Shown: positions 27,835 to 37,498 of the stretch, piece by piece | How the letters are laid out: each line of letters begins with the position of its first letter | How positions within the stretch are numbered: the stretch's first letter is position 1 | The notes under the pieces: generated by a model | What the model saw: the letters and a program-made list of their open reading frames with translations, nothing else | What the model was told of the DNA's origin: nothing | The model's database searches: none | Source of the DNA: Myxococcota bacterium | Lineage (GTDB): Bacteria; Myxococcota_A; UBA9160; UBA4427 | Assembly (NCBI GenBank): GCA_965250285.1 | Contig: OZ252299.1 | Coordinates: 3,008,001 to 3,072,000, forward strand | Length of the DNA stretch: 64,000 nt | Direction of reading: 5' to 3' | Made by a program: the position numbers and the translations under genes

Positions 27835-29388
27835 TCACGAGGGGCGCTCGGTCTCGTCGAAGACCGTGAGGCCCTCGAGGTCGCGCTCTCGGCGGGGCAG
27901 CAGCAGCGCCGCACCGAACCCGACGCCGAAGCTCGTGACGTTCCCGATGAACGCGGTGTAGTACGTGTCGAAGGGGACCGTCCAGGCCTCGGGAAAGAGA
28001 CCGAGCGTCCAGAGCGTGAACGTCGCGGTGCAGGCGATGCCGATCCAGACGGCCCGCGCATCGCCGACCCGGGTCAGGAAACCGAGCAGGTAGATGCCGA
28101 GGATGCCGCCGCCGAGCAGCGCCGTCAGCTTGATCGACGTGTCTTGCAGAGTGCGAGACTCGGCGTGCAGCAGCCCCCAGGCGCCGGCGAGCATCGCGAG
28201 CGACGTGACCGCGGCGATGCCCCACGCCACGTGCAGATAGTGCCGATCGTCGCGATCAGGCGCGATCATGCGCTTGTAGATGTCGACGATGCCAACGGTG
28301 GCGACGGCGTTGATGCTCGAGTCGAGCGACGACATGCCCGAGGCCAGCGCCGCCGCGATCACGAGGCCCGCCAGCCCGACCGGCAAGTGATTCAGCACGA
28401 AGAAGGGCACGATGCCTTCGGGTCGCTCGCCACCGTCGAGCATCGCCGTCGCCTCGGGCGCGGGAAAGACCTGGAAGTACACGAAGAGCGCCGTGCCGAG
28501 GAACATGTAGAAGGTCCACGTCGGCATCGCGACGAGGACACTCACGAGCATGCCGCGCCGCGCCTCCTTCAGGCTCTTCGCCGCGCAGTAGCGCTGCACG
28601 AAGTGCTGCGCCGTCACGTACTCGGTCAGAAAGAACGTCGCACTCATCAGGATCATCAGAGGGATCGTCTTCTCGCCGAGATCGAAGCCCCAGCTCATGT
28701 GCACGACACGCTCGCCATCCCAGTACCCGAGCGCAAACTTGTCGTACGCGCTGGCGACTTCGAAGATCTGCCCGAGCCCGCCGGGCAGCTCGGCCACGAT
28801 GATGCCCAGACACAGCAGGCTGCCCGACGCGAGCACGACGGTCTGGACGACGTCGGTCCAGATCACGCCGTCGATGCCGCCCACGATCGTGTAGGCCGCG
28901 ACGAAGACGCCGACGAGCACGATGCAGAGGCCTTCGTCGAGGCCCGTGAGCGAATGCGCCAGCAGGGCGAGCAGGTAGAGCACGAGCGAGAGCCGAAGCA
29001 GCTGGGCCCCGATATAGGTGAGCGCACCGTAGACACGGACCGACGGGCCGAAGCGCGCCTCCAGGTACTCGTACGCCGTCGTGGTGCGACCGCGGCGATA
29101 GAAGGGGATGAACACGAGCGCGGCGATCAGCCCCGCGATGGGGACGAACACATAGGGCAGGAAGCGCAGCCAATACGTCTTGAATGCGTCGGCCGGCATC
29201 GAGAGAAACGTCACCGAGCTGATCGCCGTGCCGACCATGCTCAGCCCGATCACCCAGCCGGGGAACCGCCGCCCGCCGACGAAGTACTCCTCGGTGTCGG
29301 TGTTCTTGCGCCCGAACCAGAGCGCCATGGCCGCCATCGCGACCATGTAGAGGAGCACGACGCAGGCATCGAGAAATCGCAGACTCAA
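27835..29388 (-). CDS. Sodium:solute symporter family transporter
   Basis: EYFVGGR, ISSVTFL, TAYEYLEARFG, GGIDGVIWTDVVQ, MSSLDSSIN. Confidence 0.95.
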   Translation of the reverse strand: MSLRFLDACVVLLYMVAMAAMALWFGRKNTDTEEYFVGGRRFPGWVIGLSMVGTAISSVTFLSMPADAFKTYWLRFLPYVFVPIAGLIAALVFIPFYRRGRTTTAYEYLEARFGPSVRVYGALTYIGAQLLRLSLVLYLLALLAHSLTGLDEGLCIVLVGVFVAAYTIVGGIDGVIWTDVVQTVVLASGSLLCLGIIVAELPGGLGQIFEVASAYDKFALGYWDGERVVHMSWGFDLGEKTIPLMILMSATFFLTEYVTAQHFVQRYCAAKSLKEARRGMLVSVLVAMPTWTFYMFLGTALFVYFQVFPAPEATAMLDGGERPEGIVPFFVLNHLPVGLAGLVIAAALASGMSSLDSSINAVATVGIVDIYKRMIAPDRDDRHYLHVAWGIAAVTSLAMLAGAWGLLHAESRTLQDTSIKLTALLGGGILGIYLLGFLTRVGDARAVWIGIACTATFTLWTLGLFPEAWTVPFDTYYTAFIGNVTSFGVGFGAALLLPRRERDLEGLTVFDETERPS

Positions 29389-29529
29389 GCGTGGAGATCC
29401 TGTGGTCGGGCGGACGCTCGGCGCGGGGCCCCGATGACGTCTCAGGGTAGCGACCTCGCACGGCCGGGGCGCCCCGGTCTATGATGGCGGCCTGCCCACG
29501 CGCGGACGACCGCGACGAAGGAGCACCCG

Positions 29530-30489
29530 ATGCCCAAGGTCCAGACGATCACCGGTGCAATCGACAGCGCCGACCTCGGCTTCACTCTGATGCACGAGCA
29601 CATCATGATCGCGAACCCCGGCATGCGGGCCGCCTACGACGACTGGGTCGACACCCAGAAGGTGATCGAGTTCGCCACCGAGGAAGCCAAACTCGTCAAG
29701 GCATGCGGCGTTTCGACCCTGGTCGATCTCACGCCGATCAATCTCGGTCGTGACATCGACGTCATGCGGGCCGTGGCCGAGGGCGCCGAGATCAACGTCA
29801 TCGCGGCGACGGGGTTGTACTACCACGAAGAGCCGTGGATGGGCGGCTGGGAGCCCGATCGCATCGCTGAGTGGTTCGTCCGCGACGTCGAGCGGGGCAT
29901 CCAGGGCACCGACGCCCGGGCGGGCATCATCAAGTGCGCCACCGACCACGACGGCGTGACGCCGATCAACGAGAAGCTCCTGCGCGCCGCAGCCAAGACC
30001 CATCGTGCGACCGGCATCCCCATCTCGACCCACACCGATCCAGCGGCCGATACGGGACCGGCCCAGCAGATCGTGTTCGAAGACGAGGGGGTCGACCTCG
30101 GGCGCGTCGTCATCGGTCACACGGGAGACACCAACGACTTCGACTACATCGAACGCGTCCTCGCGAAGGGCAGCTACATCGGCATGGACCGCTTCGGGAT
30201 CGACCGCCCCGTCGACACCGACATGCGCGTCAAGGTCATCGCCGAGCTCTGCCAGCGCGGCTATGCCGACAAGATGGTGCTGAGCCACGACGCCTGCTGC
30301 CATATCGACTTCGCGCCCCAGGACGTGATCGACGCCGGTCTGCGCACGGTGTTCAAGAATTGGCACTTCAGACACGTCCCCGAGGACGTGATCCCCGCCT
30401 TGAAGCGCGGCGGGGTCGACGATGCCCAGATCGACGCGATGACGACGGCCAACCCGCGGGCGATCTTCGAAGCCCAGGGCGCGTACTAG
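29530..30489 (+). CDS. Phosphotriesterase-like protein (PTE/PLL lactonase family)
   Basis: LGFTLMHEH, LGRD, GIIKCA, ISTHT, IGH, MDRFG, LSHD; AAGGAG RBS. Confidence 0.93.
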   Translation: MPKVQTITGAIDSADLGFTLMHEHIMIANPGMRAAYDDWVDTQKVIEFATEEAKLVKACGVSTLVDLTPINLGRDIDVMRAVAEGAEINVIAATGLYYHEEPWMGGWEPDRIAEWFVRDVERGIQGTDARAGIIKCATDHDGVTPINEKLLRAAAKTHRATGIPISTHTDPAADTGPAQQIVFEDEGVDLGRVVIGHTGDTNDFDYIERVLAKGSYIGMDRFGIDRPVDTDMRVKVIAELCQRGYADKMVLSHDACCHIDFAPQDVIDAGLRTVFKNWHFRHVPEDVIPALKRGGVDDAQIDAMTTANPRAIFEAQGAY

Positions 30490-30496
30490 GCGCGCC

Positions 30497-30961
30497 ATGG
30501 AAGTCTGGGAGCTGATCGCCCGAGAGAGCGCCCGCGACCTGGTCGCGCGATACAACGCGTGTGGCGACGCAGACGAGCTCGAAGAGATGATCTCGCTGTT
30601 CGCCGACGATGCGGTCATGGATGTCGGGCCATGGGGCCGTCACGAGGGCGCCGCTGCGATTCGCGCGTTCTTCGAGGGCGTGCGCAGGCCGTCGGGGACC
30701 GATGGCTCTGCCGGCGAGCGCCGTTTCATTCGCCACTTCACGGCCACGCATCGCATCGACGTCGAGAGCCCCGTGGCCGCACGAGGCCAGTGCTACTTCG
30801 TCGTGCTCACGAGCGACGGCGTCGACCATTGGGGTCGCTACGTCGATCGATACACGCAGCGTGGCGGGATCTGGTACTTCTCGCAGCGTGAGGTGTTCGT
30901 CGACGGCGTGACCCCCGGCGGCTGGGCCGATGCGCGCCGTGCCCGGGCCTCGACCGACTGA
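30497..30961 (+). CDS. NTF2/SnoaL-like protein
   Basis: RDLVARY...D, LFADDAV, IRHF, GRYVDRY...G.W.F..R. Confidence 0.87.
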   Translation: MEVWELIARESARDLVARYNACGDADELEEMISLFADDAVMDVGPWGRHEGAAAIRAFFEGVRRPSGTDGSAGERRFIRHFTATHRIDVESPVAARGQCYFVVLTSDGVDHWGRYVDRYTQRGGIWYFSQREVFVDGVTPGGWADARRARASTD

Positions 30962-30971
30962 TCCGTCCCTA

Positions 30972-31008
30972 CAAAACGCGAGCGCCGCCCCCGATCGGGA
31001 CGGCGCTC
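30972..31008 (-). terminator. Intrinsic terminator between convergent genes
   Basis: GAGCGCCG (30980-30987) / CGGCGCTC (31001-31008) stem with an inner CCC/GGG pair; followed on the minus strand by GCGTTTTG. Confidence 0.6.
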
Positions 31009-31035
31009 TGTGGATCGCGCGCGGGCGAGGCCGGT

Positions 31036-32151
31036 CTAGTTGTCGAGCACCTCGGCCGCGATCAGCTTCTCGAGATGCGACGTATCCCAGAAGCTGACCT
31101 GCAGCTGCTTCGCGCGGCGGAAGTAGAGCTGCGCGTCGTACTCGATCGTGAAGCCGACACCGCCGAAGACCTGAAGCGACATGGCGGTCAGGTCGCGGTA
31201 GGTCTGGTTCGTGAACAGCTTCGCCATCGGCGCGAGGGTGGCGACGTCGCGGCCCTCGGCCCGGGCCCAGGCGGCCTCGTACACCAGCGTCCTGCCGCCG
31301 TTCACGTTCGTGGCCGCATCGGCCATGTAGTGACTCAGCGACTGGAATGCACCGAGGGGCTTGTCGAACTGGGTGCGCTCCTTCGAGTACTCGACCGTCA
31401 TCTCGAGCGCGCGGTCGGCGCCACCGGTCGCGAGGGCCGCCAGCAGGATCGCGCCATCGAGCATGAGGTTGTGCCACGTGCGCCAGTCGCCCACGGTGTC
31501 GCTCGCCGGCACGCGCAGACCGTCGAACGTCACCTGGTACTGGGTATCGCTGGCGAGGCTCTTCTGCTGCTCGAGCGACACGCCCGACGCCTTGGGATCG
31601 ACGAGCAAGAGCGTGACGTCTTCTTCGCCGTCGCCCGTGCGCACCGGCACGATCAAACGATCGGCCGAGCTCGCGAAGAGGGCGTGGCGCTTCACGCCGC
31701 TCACGACGAAGTCGTCGCCATCGCGCTCCGCGCGCAGCTGCACGCCCTTGGCGCCGTAGCCGTTGCCCGGCTCGAGCCACGCGACCGAGAAGATCGCATC
31801 GCCGCTGGCGAGCTTCGGCAGCCAGGTCTCCTTCTGGTCGTCGGTGCCGGCGGCCAGAAGCGTGCCCGCGCCGAGCACGCAGCTCACGAAGTGCGGGGTC
31901 GGCGCCAGGGAGCGGCCGAACTCTTCGTAGACCACGACACCCTCGAGCAGCGACATGCCGCCACCGCCATACGTCTCGGGGATCAGCAGGCCGAGCACCC
32001 CCAGATCGCCGAGCTGCGACCAGAAATCCTTGGCGTAGCCGACGGGGTCGTCCTCGAGCTTGCGCACGACCTCGATCGGGCACTGCTCGTTGCATACGCC
32101 GCGCACCATCTCGCGCAGCATCTCCTGTTCTTCGCTGAAGTCCAGATCCAT
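31036..32151 (-). CDS. Acyl-CoA dehydrogenase, shorter (beta-type) subunit
   Basis: MDLDFSEEQEML, EEFGRSL.P.P, YSKERTQFDKPLGAFQ, QVFGGVGFTIEYD.QLYFRRAK. Confidence 0.93.
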   Translation of the reverse strand: MDLDFSEEQEMLREMVRGVCNEQCPIEVVRKLEDDPVGYAKDFWSQLGDLGVLGLLIPETYGGGGMSLLEGVVVYEEFGRSLAPTPHFVSCVLGAGTLLAAGTDDQKETWLPKLASGDAIFSVAWLEPGNGYGAKGVQLRAERDGDDFVVSGVKRHALFASSADRLIVPVRTGDGEEDVTLLLVDPKASGVSLEQQKSLASDTQYQVTFDGLRVPASDTVGDWRTWHNLMLDGAILLAALATGGADRALEMTVEYSKERTQFDKPLGAFQSLSHYMADAATNVNGGRTLVYEAAWARAEGRDVATLAPMAKLFTNQTYRDLTAMSLQVFGGVGFTIEYDAQLYFRRAKQLQVSFWDTSHLEKLIAAEVLDN

Positions 32152-32231
32152 CGGGGGCTCCTCTCGCATCGGCTGCGCCTCGGGGCACAGAGCCGATCAG
32201 TGTGCATTCGGCCCTGCGGCCGGGTGTCGCG

Positions 32232-32714
32232 CTAGGGCTTCCAGTCGCCGCCCTTGCGCTGCCAGGGGTTGTCGTCGGCATCGACCGGCACGGCCACGCG
32301 GGCCGAGCAGTCGGTCACGGTGGTGTCGCCGACCGCGAGGTTCAGCGCCAGATCGACCCAGCCGCAGCCGGCTTCGTCCTGCCCGACCTTCTCGACCTTG
32401 CCCGTGAATACCATCGTGTCGCCCGGGAAGACCGAGTTCTTCATGCGGAACTGGATCTTGCCGAGGCGACCCTTCGGGCCGGTCCAGTCGGTCAGATAGC
32501 GTTCGAACCACGCGGCCTGGTTCGGCGTATTGAGGAAGATGTCCTTCACGCCGTTTCGATTCTGGGCAAAATCCTTGTCGTGGTGCATCGGGCGGAAGTC
32601 GCGGCTCGCCAGCGCGCCGAGCACGACGGTGGTCGCCGACACGTCGTAGCTGAGCGCGGGCAGATCGGCGCCTTCGCTCACGTCGCCCAGGGTCAGGTTC
32701 GCAGTCTCACTCAT
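32232..32714 (-). CDS. MaoC-family hot-dog dehydratase (ChsH1-like)
   Basis: GALASRDFRPMHHD hydratase motif, DIFLN, VFPGD. Confidence 0.88.
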   Translation of the reverse strand: MSETANLTLGDVSEGADLPALSYDVSATTVVLGALASRDFRPMHHDKDFAQNRNGVKDIFLNTPNQAAWFERYLTDWTGPKGRLGKIQFRMKNSVFPGDTMVFTGKVEKVGQDEAGCGWVDLALNLAVGDTTVTDCSARVAVPVDADDNPWQRKGGDWKP

Positions 32715-32741
32715 GACGCATCCTCTCTCGTCGCATTCGGT

Positions 32742-33251
32742 CTAGCCGCGCTTGTAGCCAAAGCCGGTGTAGCTCTCGACGGCGACCAGATCGCCGTCCT
32801 GATTCGTGTACCGCACCTCGATGACCCAAAAACGACCCGTGCCGAGCTTGGTCGTCTTGTGTTCGCTGACCGAATGCAGCACCTGGCAGGTCTCGAGCAT
32901 GTCGCCGGGTCGAACGGGGTCATAGAAGGTGATGGTGTTGTCGGTCATCACCGCCTCGGGCAGGTCGAGCGCCTCCTTCAGATCGAAGTGGATCTGCAGC
33001 GGCTGGGCCTGCTTCGTGCGACCCGGTGCCCAGAGGTGCGGGCGGAACCAGACCGAGATCATCGTCGGGGGCGCGATCGGACCCGAGGTGAGCTCGGTTG
33101 CCGTCTCGTCGTCCCAGAAGAGCGGGTTGCCATTCTCGACCGACGAGCACGTCGTCCAGATGTAGCCACGCTCGACGGGGAACTCGCCCCGCTCCTTGTA
33201 TCGCTCCTTGCCGATCCAACCCTGGACTTCGGCGGGCAACTCTTCGGCCAT
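32742..33251 (-). CDS. MaoC-like N-terminal hot-dog protein (ChsH2-N-like)
   Basis: ENGNPLFWD, IAPPTM, PVRPGD.L, KTTKLGTGRF, TNQDG.LV. Confidence 0.88.
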   Translation of the reverse strand: MAEELPAEVQGWIGKERYKERGEFPVERGYIWTTCSSVENGNPLFWDDETATELTSGPIAPPTMISVWFRPHLWAPGRTKQAQPLQIHFDLKEALDLPEAVMTDNTITFYDPVRPGDMLETCQVLHSVSEHKTTKLGTGRFWVIEVRYTNQDGDLVAVESYTGFGYKRG

Positions 33252-33286
33252 GTCGGCTCTCCCCGTTGGCTTGGCGCGGCCCGTCG

Positions 33287-34486
33287 CTACTCGACGGCGC
33301 CGGCTTCGACGAGCGCATCGACCCGGGACTCGTCGAGCCCCGCCTCGGTCAGCACACGCCGCGTATCGGTTTCGAAGGGCGGACGCACCTGCGTCTCGGG
33401 CTGCTCACGGATGCAGCCCGCCAGCATCGGCGCCATCTGCTCGAACTCACCTGCTTCGTCGTGGTGGGCCTTCATGAAGAGCCCGCGCGCGCGGTGGTGC
33501 GCGTCATCGACGACTTCGGGGATCGAGAGCACCGGCGCCACGCACGTGTCGTTCGGCGCCAGCTCGGCCGCCCACTCGTCCCGGGTGCGCTTCGCAAACG
33601 CGGCCGAGAACGCAGCGCGGATCTCGTCCTGCTTCGCATCGTCCATCTGGTGCGCCGCGTACTCGGGGCAACCCAGGCGCTCGCAGAGGTTGCGGTAGAA
33701 GTGCGGCTCGATGGCGCCGACCGAGATCCAGCCCCCGCCCTGGCAGGCGTAGACGTCGTAGCAGGCGTAGCGACCCGTGAGCAGCACCTGGCGCGAGCCG
33801 GCGACCTCGCCGGTGGCGAGGTACTGGTCGATCGAGAGCGACATCAGGGAAAGCACCCCCTCGGTGGCCGACACGTCGAGGTAGGTGCCCTCCCCCGACA
33901 CGCTGCGCCGAACGAGCGCCGCCATGATCGAGAGCACCGCGTGCATGCCACCGCCCGCGCTGTCGGCCGCCGTCGCGCCGGGGATCGGCGGCCCTCCGTC
34001 CGCGCGCGGCTCGCTGCAGGCCAGATAGCCACTCATCGCCAGATAGTTGATGTCGTGCCCCGCCCAGTCGGCGGCGGGCCCGGTCTGTCCGTAGCCACTC
34101 GTCGAGCAGTAGACGAGGCGCGGGTTGACGGCCCGCAGGTCATCCCAACCGAGCCCGAGCCGCGCGGCGACGCCCGGCCGATAGCTCTCGATGAGCACGT
34201 CCGAGATCGCCACCACCTCGAGCAGCGCCTCGCGCCCCACATCGCTCTTGAGGTCGAAGCGCATCCGCTCGATCCCGCGGCCGGCACCGTAGGTGTGGAA
34301 CGGCGGCACGATCTGCTTCGCGCCCTTCTTCGACACCGGCGCGACCTGGATCACGCGCGCGCCATAGTCGGCCAGCGTGCGCGAGGCACGTGCGGCCGGA
34401 CCGACGCTCGCGAGATTGAGCACGGTCACGCCCTCGAGCAACGAGGTCTTGGGCGCGGGGGGCGCGTTCGAGACGGAGGGGACCAT
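33287..34486 (-). CDS. CaiB/BaiF family III CoA-transferase
   Basis: LEGVTVL..GPAA, DVLIESYRPGV, SGYGQTGP, GHDINY, catalytic Asp region AADSAGG. Confidence 0.93.
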   Translation of the reverse strand: MVPSVSNAPPAPKTSLLEGVTVLNLASVGPAARASRTLADYGARVIQVAPVSKKGAKQIVPPFHTYGAGRGIERMRFDLKSDVGREALLEVVAISDVLIESYRPGVAARLGLGWDDLRAVNPRLVYCSTSGYGQTGPAADWAGHDINYLAMSGYLACSEPRADGGPPIPGATAADSAGGGMHAVLSIMAALVRRSVSGEGTYLDVSATEGVLSLMSLSIDQYLATGEVAGSRQVLLTGRYACYDVYACQGGGWISVGAIEPHFYRNLCERLGCPEYAAHQMDDAKQDEIRAAFSAAFAKRTRDEWAAELAPNDTCVAPVLSIPEVVDDAHHRARGLFMKAHHDEAGEFEQMAPMLAGCIREQPETQVRPPFETDTRRVLTEAGLDESRVDALVEAGAVE

Positions 34487-34501
34487 TCGAGTCGCTTCGA
34501 C

Positions 34502-35692
34502 CTAGAAGTTCTTCGGCAGCCCGAGACCGCGGCGCGCGATGATGTTCTTCTGGATCTCCGAGGCGCCGCCGCCGATCGTGTCGATCACGGTGTAGCGGTA
34601 GGTCGACTCGGCGCGGCCCTTCATGGGTGCCTCTTCGGTGCCCACGCGCAGCTGTGCGCCCGGGCCACCGATGTCCATGCTCGCGTTGGCGAGCTTCTTC
34701 GAGAAGCCCGTCGCGAACAGCTTGTACATCGACGCCTCGGTCGTCGGCGGCTTCTTGCCGATGCCGGCCTTCGAGACGAAATCCAGGCCCAACACGCGAG
34801 CGACCTCGGCCTGCGTGGCGAGCTCGGCGATCTTCGAGCGGACCTTCGGATCAGCCTTGAGGGGCTCACCGTCGCGGGTCTCGTTCTTCACGTAGTCGAC
34901 GAGCAGCTCGAGGCGCTGCTTGATCGGCGAGAACGTGAACATCGTGAAGCGCTCGAGATCGAGGGCCTCGCTGATGTAGCCGAACCCCTTGCCGACCTCG
35001 CCGACCACATAGTCGTCGGGCACGAAGACGTCCTTGAAGTAGACCTCGTTCGTGCGCTCGTCGCCGATCGTCCAGGTCGCGTGCACCTCGAGACCGGGGT
35101 GATCCATAGGCACGAGCATCAGCGTGATGCCGCCATGCTTGTTCTCGGGGTCGGTGCGCACGCCCACCCAGTACCAGTCGGCGAAGTGCGCCGAGGTGGT
35201 CCAGATCTTCTGGCCGTTCAGCACCCAGCCGCCCCGCTCGTCGTCATGGATGCCACGAAGCTGCATGTTCGCCGCATCGCTGCCGGCCTGGGGCTCGCTG
35301 TAGCCGACCGCGAACTCGACCTCGGCGTTGAGGATCTTCGGCAGGAACTCGGCCTTGAGCTTCTCATTGCCGTGTCGAATCAGCGTCTTGCCGATGATGC
35401 CGACACCCTTGCCGATCTGCGGGCCTCCGCGATAGGCGAGCGCCTCGTTGAGCAGATACTCGAAGACGCCCTCGCCCTCTTGTCCGCCAAGCTCCTTCGG
35501 CCACGTGATTCCGAGCCAGCCCTTGTCGGCCATCTTCTTCATGAAGTCGCGCCGGTCCTGGGTGTCGACGATCTGCGCCATGTTCTCGCGGGTCACGTCG
35601 AAGACGTCACCGCTGCCGTCGTCGTTGGCGTCGAGGAACTGCTCGACGTCCTTCAGGAAGGCGTTCTGCTCGTCGGAGAATTCGAAGTTCAT
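34502..35692 (-). CDS. Acyl-CoA dehydrogenase (FadE26/FadE29-like alpha-type subunit)
   Basis: GWLGITWPKE.GG, GYSEP.AGSD, NGQKIWTT.AH, TNEVYF, LDLERF, TIGGGASEIQKNII. Confidence 0.95.
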   Translation of the reverse strand: MNFEFSDEQNAFLKDVEQFLDANDDGSGDVFDVTRENMAQIVDTQDRRDFMKKMADKGWLGITWPKELGGQEGEGVFEYLLNEALAYRGGPQIGKGVGIIGKTLIRHGNEKLKAEFLPKILNAEVEFAVGYSEPQAGSDAANMQLRGIHDDERGGWVLNGQKIWTTSAHFADWYWVGVRTDPENKHGGITLMLVPMDHPGLEVHATWTIGDERTNEVYFKDVFVPDDYVVGEVGKGFGYISEALDLERFTMFTFSPIKQRLELLVDYVKNETRDGEPLKADPKVRSKIAELATQAEVARVLGLDFVSKAGIGKKPPTTEASMYKLFATGFSKKLANASMDIGGPGAQLRVGTEEAPMKGRAESTYRYTVIDTIGGGASEIQKNIIARRGLGLPKNF

Positions 35693-35785
35693 CGGGGGCT
35701 CCTGGCGCTGGGCCGACGCTCCGAGCCGCTCGGGCGGGCGTCGCGAGGTTGGGCTGGCGATGCCTGGATCGTTCAGGCGGGATAG

Positions 35786-35814
35786 AACATATACGATACG
35801 TCGCGTATTGTAAA
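35786..35814 (-). promoter_or_regulatory. Sigma70-like promoter overlapped by a 21-bp palindromic operator
   Basis: Minus strand TTTACA-N17-TATGTT; TACGATACG-TCG-CGTATTGTA at 35792-35812. Confidence 0.6.
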
Positions 35815-36490
35815 TCGGCCCCCGCGGGCCCGCCTTGGCCTCCAGGACGCGCTGAGGCGCCCTCTATTCGCCCTGCTGCGACCGACTCTCCCATCCCCGC
35901 AGACGGGCGAAGCGCGCGGGTCGGCTCGAGCCCGCCCTCTCGCGGCACGCCCGAGGCCTGATGCGCGACCCGGGCGCTCGGGCCATGCCGGGATCCCCTC
36001 GCCTCGAAGCCAGGGCTCTATGGCGCTCCTGTCAGGCGAAAACGAACCCACAGTGCAGATTTTCTCGATTCGGCGGACGAACACGCGACGCGCTGCGCCA
36101 CGACGTGCGGCTCGGATGCTGGCCTGTTCGGTGTCGCGACCGGTTCGATGAGACGCCGTCTACGGCCGAGACCCCGTCACACCGACTGCTGACATTCACT
36201 CATTCAAGTGGGTCGACACCATTCTTGCCCCCCAATCAGGTAGGGGCAGATCGCCCCGCGCAGACGAGCCGCCGCGGGCATGCCCCCTCGCCGCTGACGC
36301 CGCTCGTCAAAGGTGCATTCCGAACTGTCACATAACGGTGTTGATTATGGCTTGCCCGGTTTTCGAGCCCGGTGATAGAAGGGACCCACCTGCTGGTTCG
36401 ACGTTCTGCCACCGCGTCGAAGATCGCCGCAACTCAATCGCCGCATGGCCGAGCGTCGCGCTCTCAACCCGCCAAGGAGAAACGGTCCAA

Positions 36491-37396
36491 GTGGACACTT
36501 CAAGCCGACGTTCGACCCTCGCGTTCGCCCTGCTGCTCTCGATCGCATTCGCTGCATCGCCCGCATGGAGCGGCAATCTGATCTCGTTCAAGGACGACGC
36601 CACCGTGCCACACGAGCTCATCCTCAACGGCCAGACCGTTGGAGCGGGCGCCATCCTCAACAACGACCCCCCGGCGCAAGTCGTGGCTGAATCGACGATC
36701 TTCGGAGCCGTCCAGGAAGATCTCGACGCGATCCACCTGATGAGCAACGGTCACTACCTGCTCTCGACGGCAACCGCATCGACCGTCGATGGCGTGTTCT
36801 ATCTGGCCGGAGACATCTTCGAGTTCGACCCCGACACCGGGACGGCCAGCGAGTTCTTCGACGTCAACTTGTTCGGGTCGACCGCCGTCAACGTCGACGC
36901 GGTCTATCTCATCGAGGGCGGCCCCGACGACGGCAATCTCATCCTCTCGACGACCGGCAACGCCACCCTCGGCGGCCTGACCTTTCGTCACGGAGATCTG
37001 GTCAAGTACGACCCCGACAGCGACACCGCGACGATCTTCTTCGACCAGGACGAGATCACGGGCACCCTGTCACAGAAGAACATCGAGGGGCTGCACGTCA
37101 CGCCGACGGGCGACCTCATCATCACGGTGGCCATCAGCAACGGCACCCTCGGCGGCGTGACGCTCGAGTCGAGTGACCTGATCCGACACACGCCGGGAGG
37201 CGCGACCTCGGTCGAGTTCGATGGCGAAGGCCTGTTCGACGGGGTGACAGCCAGCTTCAACGCCATCGGCAAGCTGCCGGCCCCGGTCCCGGCCCTGAGC
37301 ACGCGATCGGTCGCCCTGCTGATCGCTGGCCTTGCAATGATCACCGTGTGGATGCTGCGCGACGTCGCGCATCGAAGACGAGGTCGGGCGCGCTGA
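36491..37396 (+). CDS. Secreted repeat protein with an IPTL-CTERM-like sorting tail
   Basis: AAGGAG RBS; signal peptide; three repeats (DLDAIHL..YLLST / NVDAVYL..LILST / NIEGLHV..LIITV); tail PVPALS + TM helix + basic RRRGRAR. Confidence 0.8.
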   Translation: MDTSSRRSTLAFALLLSIAFAASPAWSGNLISFKDDATVPHELILNGQTVGAGAILNNDPPAQVVAESTIFGAVQEDLDAIHLMSNGHYLLSTATASTVDGVFYLAGDIFEFDPDTGTASEFFDVNLFGSTAVNVDAVYLIEGGPDDGNLILSTTGNATLGGLTFRHGDLVKYDPDSDTATIFFDQDEITGTLSQKNIEGLHVTPTGDLIITVAISNGTLGGVTLESSDLIRHTPGGATSVEFDGEGLFDGVTASFNAIGKLPAPVPALSTRSVALLIAGLAMITVWMLRDVAHRRRGRAR

Positions 37397-37442
37397 GCGG
37401 CACCTGCGCGGCCGCGCCCACCGCGCCGCGCCGCGCACGACC

Positions 37443-37476
37443 GGGCAGGGTCGGGGGGTCGACCCCGACCCTGCCC
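37443..37476. terminator. 14-bp GC-rich hairpin between convergent genes (terminator or REP-like)
   Basis: GGGCAGGGTCGGGG-GGTCGA-CCCCGACCCTGCCC; no U-tract. Confidence 0.5.
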
Positions 37477-37498
37477 CCAGTCGGCGCCGAGTCGGCCC

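Noticed and set aside
33098..35785. 895-aa plus-strand ORF and similar long antisense ORFs (261..1655, 19267..20805, 27796..29484, 39678..40988, 56732..58903)
   Set aside because: Antisense or alternate-frame shadows of well-supported genes; stop codons are scarce at this GC content and the products have no motifs
35961..36490. 124-aa ORF, riboswitch or PhoB box in the long spacer
   Set aside because: No coding signature or recognisable aptamer; only one CTGTCAC half-site
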